64,000 nt of DNA from a virus, in the IMG/VR virus record IMGVR_UViG_3300025313_000008, positions 24,378-88,377 of that record; one strand, written 5' to 3'. Positions 45,928 to 55,836 of the stretch are shown here, piece after piece (within the stretch, counting starts at the first letter, position 1; each line of letters opens with the position of its first letter). Position numbers and translations under genes: made by a program. The notes beneath the pieces are model-generated. The model had not been told where the DNA came from. It made no database searches and worked only from the letters and a program-made list of their open reading frames with translations.

Positions 45928-48900
45928 TAAGTACCACCTATCCCGAATGTAGATTCAATACCAATCATACTTCCATCATTAATTACTGATTCTGCTTCAA
46001 TTCCCACGTCTATCAACTCTCCTATGAATGCACTTATAGTAAAGGCGTTAGTCTTATTTAGCTTTGCGTCAACTGTTACTTTAGCTTGTCCAACTCCAAC
46101 CAATGCATCTATAGTAAATGTATTAGTGCAGAATAGATTTCCACTACAAGCTAGACATTTTATTAATGCATCTACCAATGGTTTTACTGTATGTGGTGGA
46201 TCTATGAAACTATCAATTATGAATATTTCATCATATCTATTCACTATCTTTGAATCAATAGTTGTCATCTTGAATGGGAAAACCAATTTGGCATCTATCG
46301 TAAATACCTTTGTATTTGGTTGTTCTGCAAACGTATCAATTATAAATGTAGATGTTCCTATCTTTTTTACTAAAGCGTCTACTATTACAGTTTGTAATAC
46401 ACCTAACTTCTTAACCAATGCGTCAACTATACTAGTTAGTTCTATTCTATCAGCCAATAAAGCATCACAAGTAAATGTTTTCACTTTTCTCAATCTCAGT
46501 AATCCATCGATACGCCATCTAACATTTCTAAAGTATGTAATTGCATCTACAATAAATAATACTGGAGGCTGTGTTACTGCCAATGAAGCTGTTATATCAA
46601 ATGTTATTTCTTTGTCTTTTACTATTAATATAGTATCAGTCAAAAATCCATTAACTTCATTCTCTTTCTTTAACAATACATCAACTGTAAATATAAATGG
46701 AACAATTATTTTTAAATATGCATTAATATTTATCGTATTTTCTGCTCCAAATTTCTTTACTATTGCATCTACAAAGAAGAATTTACTTGGTTCATTAATT
46801 ATAAATGCATCTACTATGAATGGAGCAACTTTATTAAAGTATTTTGTTGTTCCGTCTATAGTAAATATCTTTGTTTTTATTTCTGCTATCAATGCATTAC
46901 AGTTAAATATTTTGTTTATGTCCTCTGTCTTTAGATCCGCGTCTATGAAAAATGTTTCATTAATTGTACCCTTTAATATAGAATCAACACTAAATAATTT
47001 TCCGGGTTCAACCAATAATAAACCATCTATACTAAATATTACTAGTGAAGGTATTAATATAGCATCGACTTCAAATCTTTTTATTCCCCCTATTACTATA
47101 GCATCTATTAAGAAGTTCTTGATTTTTATATTCACTAATTCCGCATCAATTTCAAATGTTTCGTAAATTGGCAGATATAATACAGCATCTGTTGATAATA
47201 CTTCTGTAAATGCAGATTGTAATACAGCATCGCATTTTGGACAGTGGTTTCCTATTCCTTCTATGATATCATCGCCATTTATTACTTCTACTCTAATTAC
47301 TATGTCTTTAGATATTGTTGTCAAGTACATCCATGTTAATGGATCAATTATAGAATTTGATTCTCTTCTCATTACCGCACTTCCAGAAATTACGTTACTA
47401 TCTGATATAACTGGAATTGCTATACCTACTCCCTTCGGAGCATTTGTATTTACACCTACAAAATGCTGTAATCCTATTACATAATTACCAGTTAAGAATG
47501 GTGTTGTCAGATTATCATAAGTAAATATAATTTCTTTCCATACTCCAGATGGTAAATCTCCAGATATATTTTGTGCATTTATAGTGTTTTCTGATGTTGC
47601 CTCAACAATTTCGCCAGCAAGGTTTCCTACAACTACATTACTCCATATTTTTCCTGTAATTAATGATGTGTCAGTTATTTCATTAGGAAAACCACTTGCT
47701 CTTAACAAAAATGTAACACGTCTTACCTGTTGGTTATTAAGAACCACCTCTTGTCCTATTAACATATCAACACTTTCTTCATGATCTGGAGTAATTGGTC
47801 CCATAAATTGTTCTAATCCCGTATCTATTGCAAAGTTTGTATTAGGATAGAAATTACATATTCCGTTGACTCCTAACATCTTTATTAATGCATCTATATA
47901 AAATGTCTGTATATTAGTTTCTCTTATTCTCGAATCTACAGTAAATTGTTTATTTATAGTAAATTGTATTAAAAATGCATCTATTGTAAATGTAAAGAAA
48001 ACTCCCTCTATTAAAACAGCGTCAATACTAAATGTTTTATCTACGTTTTGTAAATTAACTATTGCATCTATTGTTATTAATTCTGCTGGTGGAACAAATG
48101 GAATACCATCTATTGTAAATATCTTGTTTACTGCTCCTTTTAACAGTGGATCTACTGTAAATGTCTTTAATGGACTAGCTAATAAAACAGCATCTACATT
48201 AGAATATACGTTTCTAACTATATATGCGTCTATATTAAATAGTTTTATTCCTCGTAATCTAGCATCTATACTAAATTTAGATTCTCTTACTAATCTAGCA
48301 CTTATAGAAAATGTTTCTCCACTGAATCCAGAAAGATGAGCATCTACATAAGCTACTGGACATGGAGATGAAAATATCTTAATATTATCAACTTTCCCTA
48401 TAGTATCTGGTTCTGCTGTAGGAGCACTTTTGTCGTTTGCGCCAATTATTAACCAACTAAGGTCTAACTGTTCCTTATTTACTGAAGAAGTATCCACATT
48501 AACTGGAGATCCTGCTATATGGGTTGTATGTGTTATATCTGTATATGCATTTAATGTTAATGTGTTTCCTAATGATTCCATTACAATGTATCTTTTTGTT
48601 CCTGTTCCCACGTTTAATGTTGGTGTATTTACATTAACGAACCCATCATCCAATGTAGCAGATATTATTCCTAATCCAGCCGAATTAATATGTAAAGATG
48701 ATGTATTAGGATCATTATCTGGATGTAAGCTTGATTTATTAAGCACTATAAATCTTCCTTTTGTTCCAGATAGGTATGTAAGTTCAAAGTCTACTCTAAT
48801 ATTGTTTCCTCTTACTTTTCCTATTCCTCCATATGAATCCAGTTTCTTTCTTCTATATTTTGACTTTAGAATTGGTTGCATTGCTCCAGTGTATCCGCCC

Positions 48901-51900
48901 GGTGGCATCTGGATATATGCAATTCCATTTAACGGTTCTTGTGAAAGTAGTGATTCTCCATCTATGAATATTTTTTGTGTTCCCCAACCATCTACTACAG
49001 TATTATTAACTTCAATACTCCAATTAGATGTAGTTGTAAAGTGTTCTTCAAATATATTCTCAAATGGACATCTGTTATCTCCTAATGCCTTGATAAGAGC
49101 ATCTAAACTAAATATATGTAATCTTACAAGATATGCGTCTATTGTAAAGTTGCCCTGAATTGCAATATCTGTAAAAGTATCTATTGTGAAAGTTTTTGTT
49201 TTTCTTTTGCTTAATAATGCATCTATAGTAGGTCTAGTTCTATATACTAATTTTGCATCAACTGTAAAGTTTTCATCAAATGTATCCTGTAAATAAGAGT
49301 CAATAAGGAAATTTGGACATCTATCTGCATATATTACTAAATCCTCTATTTCTCCAGTATATTTTCTTGCACTACCCGGACCTGCAGGACCTACGTTTGA
49401 AGCTTGCACATATAAAAATGGAACTTTAATCTGTGATGATACATCTAATTGAACTGGACTTCCTGTTACATGGATGGTTCTTGCTGAATCTGAAAACATA
49501 CTTAATGTTATTATACTTGCTAGATTCTTATCTATCCTTACATAATATGTTGTGTTATTATTCATTGGAATTGCAGTTGCAGTAGAAAGTACTGGATCTG
49601 ATATTGTTGATCTATAAAGTATTCTTATTCCTTCACCATCAGGTCCATCTCCTGCATTAATTCTATATTCTATTTTCGGTACTATTGCAAATTGATGACC
49701 TATTCTTGTTGTCGTATCAGTAAGTCCAAATACAGCATATGATTCAAATCCTGTACATCCTCCAACGTTATTATGTGTAAACTCTATTCTAAATTCTTCG
49801 CCTGTTGGAATTGGTAGTGTTTTTATAGCTTGAGAACCCGGATTAGGTGAATTAACACAGTTATATCTTAACACATTGGGGTTTGCTATTGAATCTACTG
49901 TAATCAGTCCAAATGTTGTCCATCCTGTTGATGAATCAAAGTTATCTGAAAATATTGGAGTTAAAACACTACATAAGGTATCTCCAGTCATTTTTAATAC
50001 TGCGTCTATAGTATATGTTTTAGTTTGCACATATCTTAGTCTGGCTTGAACCGTAAATGTTTCTGTTTGTGTTAATCTTAATCTTGCATCTACTAAAAAC
50101 ACCGCCACTGTTGCTCCGGCTGGTGTTAATATTGAATCTAATGTAAATATCTTAGTTTTTGCTTGTTCTAATACTGCATCTACTGTGAATGTTTTTACCT
50201 TCTCTTTTTCTAATAAAGCATCTATACTAAATGTATTATAAATCGGCAGATATAGCACAGCGTCTATCGATAATGTTTCCGCGAAAGTTGCTTTTAATAT
50301 GGCATCCACTGTTGATACTAATGATGATGTTAATTTTACTCTAGCATCTATAGTAAATGATTCTATCCCACTTATAATTATTGAAGCATCTATTAAAAAT
50401 AAAGCAGATGGAACTACAAATGGTATTCCGTCTATAGTAAAGTTAAAGTTTTGTGTTGCTCTTAAAATTGCATCTATAGTGAAATTAACATCAAACCTAC
50501 TTACTAATACTGCGTCTATATCTAATGTTTCGTCAAAAGTCTCTTCAAGTAATCCATCTATTGTAAATGTATTATCAAAAGTATTCTCTAACAATCCATC
50601 TACATTAAATGTCTCATCTTGTGTTTTTCTTAATAAGGCGTCTACTGTAAACGTTTCAGTAAAAACTGCCCTTAATCTCGCATCTAATGTAAATGTTTCT
50701 GTGTTAGTTGTTTCTAATTCTGCGTCTACTAAAAATGTTTTATCCTGTGTTTTCTTTAATAATGAATCAACTAAGAAAATTTCATTTTGTGTTGCTCTTA
50801 ATATAGAATCTACAGTAAATGTTTCATCAAATCTTGCTACTAAGATAGAATCACATGTAAATACTTTAGATGGAAATACTATTATGATAGAATCTACAGT
50901 AAAGTTATTATCAAATGTTGCTTGTGTAAATGTATCTACCGCAAATTGAATTGCTTTTATTACTATTCCGTCTATCTTGAAAGTCTTTATCTGTGCTAAT
51001 CTTGCATCTATATCAAATTCACTTGTTTGAACTATCTTTAACCTTACATCACAGGTGAAAGTATTGCTTTGAACTTTTCTTAATCTTGCATCAACGGTAA
51101 ATGTTTCATCTTGCCTTAATTCTAATAATGAATCTATTAAAAATGATTCAGTACCTTCTTGTTTAAGTAATGAATCTATTAAGAAGTTAAATATTTGTGT
51201 AGTCCTTAGTAAAGCATCGCAAGTAAATGTCTCAGTTTGTGTTTGTATTAATATAGAATCACAGGTAAATTCTTTTCTTTGTATTAATCTGGCATCTACA
51301 GTAAATTCTTCTAATGCCGATAATCTCGCATCTATTGTAAATTCCTCTAATGCTGATAGTCTAGCATCAACTGTAAATTCTTCTCTTTGTGCTAATCTAG
51401 CGTCTATTGTGAATGTTTCATCAAATGTCATTTCTAGTAATGCATCTACTAAAAATAGTTTGGTTGTTTCTAATTCAAGAAATGCATCTACTAAGAAATT
51501 GAATGTTTGTGTAGTTTCTAATAAAGCATCACAAGTAAATGTTTCGTCAAATCTGTTTACTAATATAGCATCACATGTAAATGTTTTATCGAATCTATTT
51601 ACTACTATTGCGTCACAAGTAAATTCCTGTTTTGGTTGATCTGCCATGACAACCCATAAGAATTTCCATGCACTTGAGGCTAAGTTAGTCCAATCCATTG
51701 TGAACTTATTAGTTCCAAATGATGCGTCGGCTTCTCCATCTACTGTTGGTGCTCCAGCACCTTGATCTAGTATTTGTATTGCTTTTGTATTAGATAATGT
51801 TCTACCATAAAACATTGTTGTATTGGCATCTAACTCTGAAAATCCTCCACAAATTTCTGTTGAATTCGCTCTTGCACCTATAACAAAAGAACCTGTTTGC

Positions 51901-52841
51901 TGTGATGTACCTTCTGTTGTTCTTCTTCCTGCTATTGTAATTAATCCTGTTGGTGTGAATAAAGTTGTAGTGTCTTTTGTGCTTCCAGCCGTTAATGCAG
52001 TTTCATTACCAGTTTGCCATCTACCACCTTTAATTATTAAGAAAATAATGGGAGATGCCTGAGCGTCATTTGTTGTCCATGTAATATTTAATGTTGTAGT
52101 AATACTTGTAAAATCGGCTTCTGCCTGTAAAACTCCAGAATCAGAGTCTGTAATTACCATACACTTTGACTCTGAATATGTTTGAAATACTTCGCTGGTT
52201 CCAACACCGCTATCGTTTGAAATATGATATTGTCCTTCATCTGAAGATGGTACAGCGACACCAAGTCCTATATCCATATCTCCCACCATGTTGTTTAAAG
52301 TATCATGATCTGGAGATGCGAAAAAAACAATTCCTCCGTTTGCACTTATATTTTGGACATCTGAATTTATTGTAACGTTTTGTGTTACTGGTGCTCCCGC
52401 AGTTGATTTAAGAAAACTTCCAGCCTGTGCAGTGATACTAGATCCTCCTATAACAATATAATTTATTACTGTCGCTACAGAATCATTAACTACCCAAGTT
52501 ACAGTAAATTGATTAGTTCCAAATGATATTGTTGCCCTTGATTCTGTTGTACCTCCTGCTACAGTACCAAAAAAAATACAACTAGTATTTCTTATAGTTA
52601 ATTGTGAAGCCTCTGTTCCAGCACCGTCATCTCCATCACTTCCATTACATACGTTATTTATACCATCACTAAATCCATGACTGTAGGATACATCACCATC
52701 TCCTAGACCGTTAGAAGTTTGAAGTAAGGTTCCCCAAACTATTATTGCTTTTGGATCAAATCCAGTTGAAACGTTCTGAGTAGCACCATCTACATTTGTA
52801 GCATCCTTAGTAAATTGTCCTACTTCGACACTTAAAACCAT
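45927..52841 (-). CDS. 2304-aa beaded fibre protein: FxxDAxL repeat shaft with three inserted globular domains
   Basis: Dozens of about 12-14 aa F(T/L)(I/V/C)D(A/S)xL repeats interrupted by three Cys-flanked domains. Confidence 0.85.
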   Translation of the reverse strand: MVLSVEVGQFTKDATNVDGATQNVSTGFDPKAIIVWGTLLQTSNGLGDGDVSYSHGFSDGINNVCNGSDGDDGAGTEASQLTIRNTSCIFFGTVAGGTTESRATISFGTNQFTVTWVVNDSVATVINYIVIGGSSITAQAGSFLKSTAGAPVTQNVTINSDVQNISANGGIVFFASPDHDTLNNMVGDMDIGLGVAVPSSDEGQYHISNDSGVGTSEVFQTYSESKCMVITDSDSGVLQAEADFTSITTTLNITWTTNDAQASPIIFLIIKGGRWQTGNETALTAGSTKDTTTLFTPTGLITIAGRRTTEGTSQQTGSFVIGARANSTEICGGFSELDANTTMFYGRTLSNTKAIQILDQGAGAPTVDGEADASFGTNKFTMDWTNLASSAWKFLWVVMADQPKQEFTCDAIVVNRFDKTFTCDAILVNRFDETFTCDALLETTQTFNFLVDAFLELETTKLFLVDALLEMTFDETFTIDARLAQREEFTVDARLSALEEFTIDARLSALEEFTVDARLIQRKEFTCDSILIQTQTETFTCDALLRTTQIFNFLIDSLLKQEGTESFLIDSLLELRQDETFTVDARLRKVQSNTFTCDVRLKIVQTSEFDIDARLAQIKTFKIDGIVIKAIQFAVDTFTQATFDNNFTVDSIIIVFPSKVFTCDSILVARFDETFTVDSILRATQNEIFLVDSLLKKTQDKTFLVDAELETTNTETFTLDARLRAVFTETFTVDALLRKTQDETFNVDGLLENTFDNTFTIDGLLEETFDETLDIDAVLVSRFDVNFTIDAILRATQNFNFTIDGIPFVVPSALFLIDASIIISGIESFTIDARVKLTSSLVSTVDAILKATFAETLSIDAVLYLPIYNTFSIDALLEKEKVKTFTVDAVLEQAKTKIFTLDSILTPAGATVAVFLVDARLRLTQTETFTVQARLRYVQTKTYTIDAVLKMTGDTLCSVLTPIFSDNFDSSTGWTTFGLITVDSIANPNVLRYNCVNSPNPGSQAIKTLPIPTGEEFRIEFTHNNVGGCTGFESYAVFGLTDTTTRIGHQFAIVPKIEYRINAGDGPDGEGIRILYRSTISDPVLSTATAIPMNNNTTYYVRIDKNLASIITLSMFSDSARTIHVTGSPVQLDVSSQIKVPFLYVQASNVGPAGPGSARKYTGEIEDLVIYADRCPNFLIDSYLQDTFDENFTVDAKLVYRTRPTIDALLSKRKTKTFTIDTFTDIAIQGNFTIDAYLVRLHIFSLDALIKALGDNRCPFENIFEEHFTTTSNWSIEVNNTVVDGWGTQKIFIDGESLLSQEPLNGIAYIQMPPGGYTGAMQPILKSKYRRKKLDSYGGIGKVRGNNIRVDFELTYLSGTKGRFIVLNKSSLHPDNDPNTSSLHINSAGLGIISATLDDGFVNVNTPTLNVGTGTKRYIVMESLGNTLTLNAYTDITHTTHIAGSPVNVDTSSVNKEQLDLSWLIIGANDKSAPTAEPDTIGKVDNIKIFSSPCPVAYVDAHLSGFSGETFSISARLVRESKFSIDARLRGIKLFNIDAYIVRNVYSNVDAVLLASPLKTFTVDPLLKGAVNKIFTIDGIPFVPPAELITIDAIVNLQNVDKTFSIDAVLIEGVFFTFTIDAFLIQFTINKQFTVDSRIRETNIQTFYIDALIKMLGVNGICNFYPNTNFAIDTGLEQFMGPITPDHEESVDMLIGQEVVLNNQQVRRVTFLLRASGFPNEITDTSLITGKIWSNVVVGNLAGEIVEATSENTINAQNISGDLPSGVWKEIIFTYDNLTTPFLTGNYVIGLQHFVGVNTNAPKGVGIAIPVISDSNVISGSAVMRRESNSIIDPLTWMYLTTISKDIVIRVEVINGDDIIEGIGNHCPKCDAVLQSAFTEVLSTDAVLYLPIYETFEIDAELVNIKIKNFLIDAIVIGGIKRFEVDAILIPSLVIFSIDGLLLVEPGKLFSVDSILKGTINETFFIDADLKTEDINKIFNCNALIAEIKTKIFTIDGTTKYFNKVAPFIVDAFIINEPSKFFFVDAIVKKFGAENTININAYLKIIVPFIFTVDVLLKKENEVNGFLTDTILIVKDKEITFDITASLAVTQPPVLFIVDAITYFRNVRWRIDGLLRLRKVKTFTCDALLADRIELTSIVDALVKKLGVLQTVIVDALVKKIGTSTFIIDTFAEQPNTKVFTIDAKLVFPFKMTTIDSKIVNRYDEIFIIDSFIDPPHTVKPLVDALIKCLACSGNLFCTNTFTIDALVGVGQAKVTVDAKLNKTNAFTISAFIGELIDVGIEAESVINDGSMIGIESTFGIGGT
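46000..51630 (-). repeat. Intragenic tandem FxxDAxL repeats
   Basis: For example FTIDARLAQREEFTVDARLSALEEFTIDARLSALEEFTVDARL; the plus strand shows recurrent GCATCTA(C/T)TGTAAA. Confidence 0.9.
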
Positions 52842-52843
52842 GA

Positions 52844-53176
52844 CTAACCCTCATCTAAGGTCAATCCAAGAAATGTGTTAAAGTTAGCCTTTGTAATGTC
52901 CCCCATCTGTATTGCAAATATACAGGCTTCCAAATCCATTAGCCATTTTTCCCTGTTTAGATTCCCTGCCGTTGTAGCTGGAAAACTGTCGTATTTTGTT
53001 TTAAACTTGTCAAAATCCGTTTCCATATTAGCTGGTATGTTAAAGAAATTAATCATTGCCGTTCTTGTAACGATACCGTGACAGTATAGTTTAAACGCGT
53101 TTTCTACTCTATGTCCTGTTACTCTTTCACTAGGTGTTAAAGATTGACTTCTTGATATTCTATCTAATAGAGTCAT
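52844..53176 (-). CDS. Hypothetical protein (possible fibre chaperone)
   Basis: 110-aa ORF immediately upstream of the giant fibre gene. Confidence 0.5.
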   Translation of the reverse strand: MTLLDRISRSQSLTPSERVTGHRVENAFKLYCHGIVTRTAMINFFNIPANMETDFDKFKTKYDSFPATTAGNLNREKWLMDLEACIFAIQMGDITKANFNTFLGLTLDEG

Positions 53177-53325
53177 TTGCTTATCACCTTAATTGCAGTA
53201 ATAAAGTGCTCACATTTTTTACAATAAAGTCCTTCTAGAGAATCTTCTTTACCATATATCAAGAAACCAGTATGACCCGTTGTCTCCTTATGATCTAAAA
53301 TTTCTTTCTGATATGGGATTTGCAT
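53173..53325 (-). CDS. Hypothetical protein, 50 aa, with CKKC (not in track)
   Basis: MQIPYQKE...YCKKCEH...K*; ATGA overlap with the next gene. Confidence 0.5.
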   Translation of the reverse strand: MQIPYQKEILDHKETTGHTGFLIYGKEDSLEGLYCKKCEHFITAIKVISK

Positions 53326-53354
53326 TGTATTGCACCTTTAAAGCATTGTATTGC
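53322..53354. repeat. 12-bp direct repeat GCATTGTATTGC x2, 21-bp period
   Basis: Exact copies at 53322..53333 and 53343..53354. Confidence 0.8.
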
Positions 53355-53395
53355 CATACTAATGAGTAGGTAGACTTCCTATATAAGCATAAAAT

Positions 53396-53821
53396 CTATA
53401 AGCTTGGTGTATTTACTGCCGAATGTAGTGAGTCTTCTCTCCACTCATCATCCATTTCAATTCTTCCGTCTGGAAGAAGATAAAATATTGCTTTTGAATT
53501 GACTTCATTTATAGTTTTTTGCCAACCTAAAATTATTATAACTCTATGTGACTCTGCTGGAATAGAAACTTTAACATCACCTTGCATTACTGTTCTTGCC
53601 CCTGTTGTCATAAGATTTCTTCTTGCAAAGATTAGCCTTTTTCCTTCGCCCAATTTCACTTGACAAATAGCTATATTTTGCTGATTGATTAATTGAAATG
53701 CAATTAATTTTATAAAATCTATTTCTTTAAAAGCATGTTCTGTTCCACTTTGTTCTACTTCATCTAAAACAGTATTATCATTATAAATAGCCCGCCATTT
53801 TACGGTATCAGTTATACCCAT
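53396..53821 (-). CDS. Conserved viral hypothetical protein
   Basis: W.A.Y.D...RLIF.RR...GWQ.T...N.K....LPDG.I pattern recalled from phage virion modules; own TATA-like element. Confidence 0.55.
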   Translation of the reverse strand: MGITDTVKWRAIYNDNTVLDEVEQSGTEHAFKEIDFIKLIAFQLINQQNIAICQVKLGEGKRLIFARRNLMTTGARTVMQGDVKVSIPAESHRVIIILGWQKTINEVNSKAIFYLLPDGRIEMDDEWREDSLHSAVNTPSL

Positions 53822-53859
53822 ATAGTAATAATGAATGGAGTACTATTTAACCTTAAAGT

Positions 53860-53871
53860 AAAAAAAGAAAA
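53860..53871 (-). terminator. Oligo-T terminator
   Basis: T-tract on the minus strand after the 189-aa gene. Confidence 0.5.
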
Positions 53872-53886
53872 TATAAAGAGATTTAT

Positions 53887-54456
53887 TTAAATCTCATCGT
53901 ATTGGAATGTCCAAGTCTCGTCTGCTAAATCGCCGGGTGATGCTGTGGTTCCTACATCCATTTGAACTACTATATAATTACTTGTTTCACCGGATGCGTT
54001 TATAATTGCACCAGCTTCACTAATTGTAACTGTTTTTGGTGAACCTGAAGTGGCAAGAAACGCATCGGTTTTAGCTGTAATAATTGCATGAGTTGTCAAT
54101 TCGTTTCCAGTTGTTCCTACAGTTCCAGTTGCTTGGTCATAACCAGCAGTTGAACCTGAGTTTTTAGTTGGAGTTTCAGTTCCAATATATACAACAATAC
54201 CAGTACCAAATCCAGTTCCGTCAGTAAAGAACTTTATATTATCAATTTGTGTAAAAGTTCCACCTGTACATCTTAAGTAAATGTGTTTCCAAAATGATCT
54301 ATTTGTTCCAACAGTTGGAATTGGAATAGGATTGTTTGCATCAATCACGGCATCATCAGCAGTCTTAAATCGGATATTTGGAGGTCCTAATCCAGCTGTT
54401 GGTGTTGCTGTTGGTCCCGCTCCTGTATCTACATATACTTCTACTGTTGCTACCAT
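53887..54456 (-). CDS. Probable high-copy virion protein (decoration/fibre type), 189 aa
   Basis: G/T-rich beta protein ending in FQYDEI, driven by a near-copy of the capsid promoter. Confidence 0.6.
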   Translation of the reverse strand: MVATVEVYVDTGAGPTATPTAGLGPPNIRFKTADDAVIDANNPIPIPTVGTNRSFWKHIYLRCTGGTFTQIDNIKFFTDGTGFGTGIVVYIGTETPTKNSGSTAGYDQATGTVGTTGNELTTHAIITAKTDAFLATSGSPKTVTISEAGAIINASGETSNYIVVQMDVGTTASPGDLADETWTFQYDEI

Positions 54457-54469
54457 GATATAAGTTAAT

Positions 54470-54496
54470 CATAATTCCTTTATAAACATTTAATAA
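54470..54496 (-). promoter_or_regulatory. Late promoter, near-copy of the capsid promoter
   Basis: 26/27 identity to 35368..35394. Confidence 0.8.
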
Positions 54497-54497
54497 T

Positions 54498-54650
54498 CTA
54501 TTCTTCTTTTTTCTCTTCCACTTTTGTTTCTTCCACTTTTTCTTCATTTTTTGGAAGTGTTCCAGTTACTGGATCTTTATCAGTTACCGTATGATATCTA
54601 TCTATTCGGCTTTGTTTTGATCTCCTAATACCTTTTGTTCGACCCGGCAT
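54498..54650 (-). CDS. 50-aa protein starting MPGR, basic N-terminus and acidic C-terminus (not in track)
   Basis: MPGRTKGIRRSKQSR...EEKKEE*; TATA box 22 nt upstream. Confidence 0.6.
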   Translation of the reverse strand: MPGRTKGIRRSKQSRIDRYHTVTDKDPVTGTLPKNEEKVEETKVEEKKEE

Positions 54651-54685
54651 AAAATGTATTAGTATAAAAGGTATTTAAAGATATT

Positions 54686-54970
54686 CTACTCTACATTATA
54701 GTTTAATTGTTTTAATGGATCAAACCCATTAGCCCTACAACATTGATGAAATGTAGTTTTTATTCTATTAAGACTCATTATAATATCTAATTGTTTTTCA
54801 CATTTGTAATATGAATCTAATCGCTCTCTAAGATTAGGAACATCTTTTAATTCATCGAGATTAGATTCTATTGCCTTAATTAAACTGGAAACTTCTAAGT
54901 GTGAATAAATTTCTCTTTTTTGAATGCCGTGAATTCTAAGCCAAAATTTTAGGCAAAGTAATAAACACAA
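54686..54970 (-). CDS. Hypothetical protein
   Basis: Minus-strand ORF following the 267-aa gene. Confidence 0.45.
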   Translation of the reverse strand: MCLLLCLKFWLRIHGIQKREIYSHLEVSSLIKAIESNLDELKDVPNLRERLDSYYKCEKQLDIIMSLNRIKTTFHQCCRANGFDPLKQLNYNVE

Positions 54971-54972
54971 GT

Positions 54973-55776
54973 TTATCTATCTTGGTATAAGAATAGAGTG
55001 TCTACAATTAGATATTTGTTAGTTGCTTCGCCTGATTGAATTGTAGATATTGCATTAACAGAATTATTAGGTAAGTCAGTTGTAAATGTTGCTACTAATA
55101 CATCGTCAATTAAATATTCAATACTTGGTGTTGATGGATTTGTTCTAATTTCAAATGTATGGAAAAGATTGTCATCTGCAACTCCTGTATCCACACTATC
55201 TGGAGTAGTACCGTCACTAATTTCTGCAAACCAATTTCCTGTTCCATCTGCTCTAAATATAACATAATCGTTTGGTACAGTTGAAAATGGAAATACCCCA
55301 CCGGGATATGAACCATTATAAAAATGTCCTCCTAAAAGAACTGATTGTAATGTGTCTCCACTTGATTCTTTTCTAGCTCTCCAAACTAGTCTTGCGTTTT
55401 TAGTTGGATCTAATGCTAGTCTTCCTGTACCACAAATGTTTATTCTTGCTACATCGTCTGTTACTCCGTCAGTTCCTATTCTAGTTTGTCCTCCTACTAC
55501 ATTATCTACAACAGAAATTCCACCAGTAGCTTGTTTTTCAAAGTGAACATCCAAACCAGTTGTTGGTGCTGGATAAAAGAATTCATCATAAAACCAAAAA
55601 TTATCAAAAGGATCAACTACATGTTCAGAATCAATACCTCCTCCACCACCTTCAATTATTGCTTGATAAGCTGGATCAATATCTTCTTGTTTAATAGTAC
55701 CTTGTTTAATATCCTCACTTGTAATAGTGTTATCAGGTGTTCCACCAATTTTCCAAGGTTGTCCTCTTCCCGGCAT
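54973..55776 (-). CDS. Head-fibre-like protein with MPGRG N-terminus and ConA/LamG-like domain
   Basis: N-terminal 25 aa shared with 55837..56175; GGGGG hinge; FHTFEI...IEYLIDDVLVAT. Confidence 0.65.
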   Translation of the reverse strand: MPGRGQPWKIGGTPDNTITSEDIKQGTIKQEDIDPAYQAIIEGGGGGIDSEHVVDPFDNFWFYDEFFYPAPTTGLDVHFEKQATGGISVVDNVVGGQTRIGTDGVTDDVARINICGTGRLALDPTKNARLVWRARKESSGDTLQSVLLGGHFYNGSYPGGVFPFSTVPNDYVIFRADGTGNWFAEISDGTTPDSVDTGVADDNLFHTFEIRTNPSTPSIEYLIDDVLVATFTTDLPNNSVNAISTIQSGEATNKYLIVDTLFLYQDR

Positions 55777-55836
55777 AATAAAGAATAGTATAGAAAGTAT
55801 ATAAGTATATTTTTAAAAAAAATAAAATTTTGTTGA

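Noticed and set aside
46024-47166. 380-aa plus-strand ORF, and similar 48430..49158 and 50299..50949
   Set aside because: Antisense shadows of the repeat-rich 2304-aa gene; the recurring NASI/T pattern is the reverse complement of the IDA(L/F) codons.
45927-52841. Possible diversity-generating retroelement or invertible shufflon target
   Set aside because: No reverse transcriptase, template/variable repeat pair with adenine-specific mismatches, or invertase seen in the window.
54365-54547. 60-aa minus-strand ORF MKKKWKKQKWKRKKK
   Set aside because: Out-of-frame reading of the Glu/Lys codons of 54498..54650; it overlaps a promoter and the 189-aa gene.
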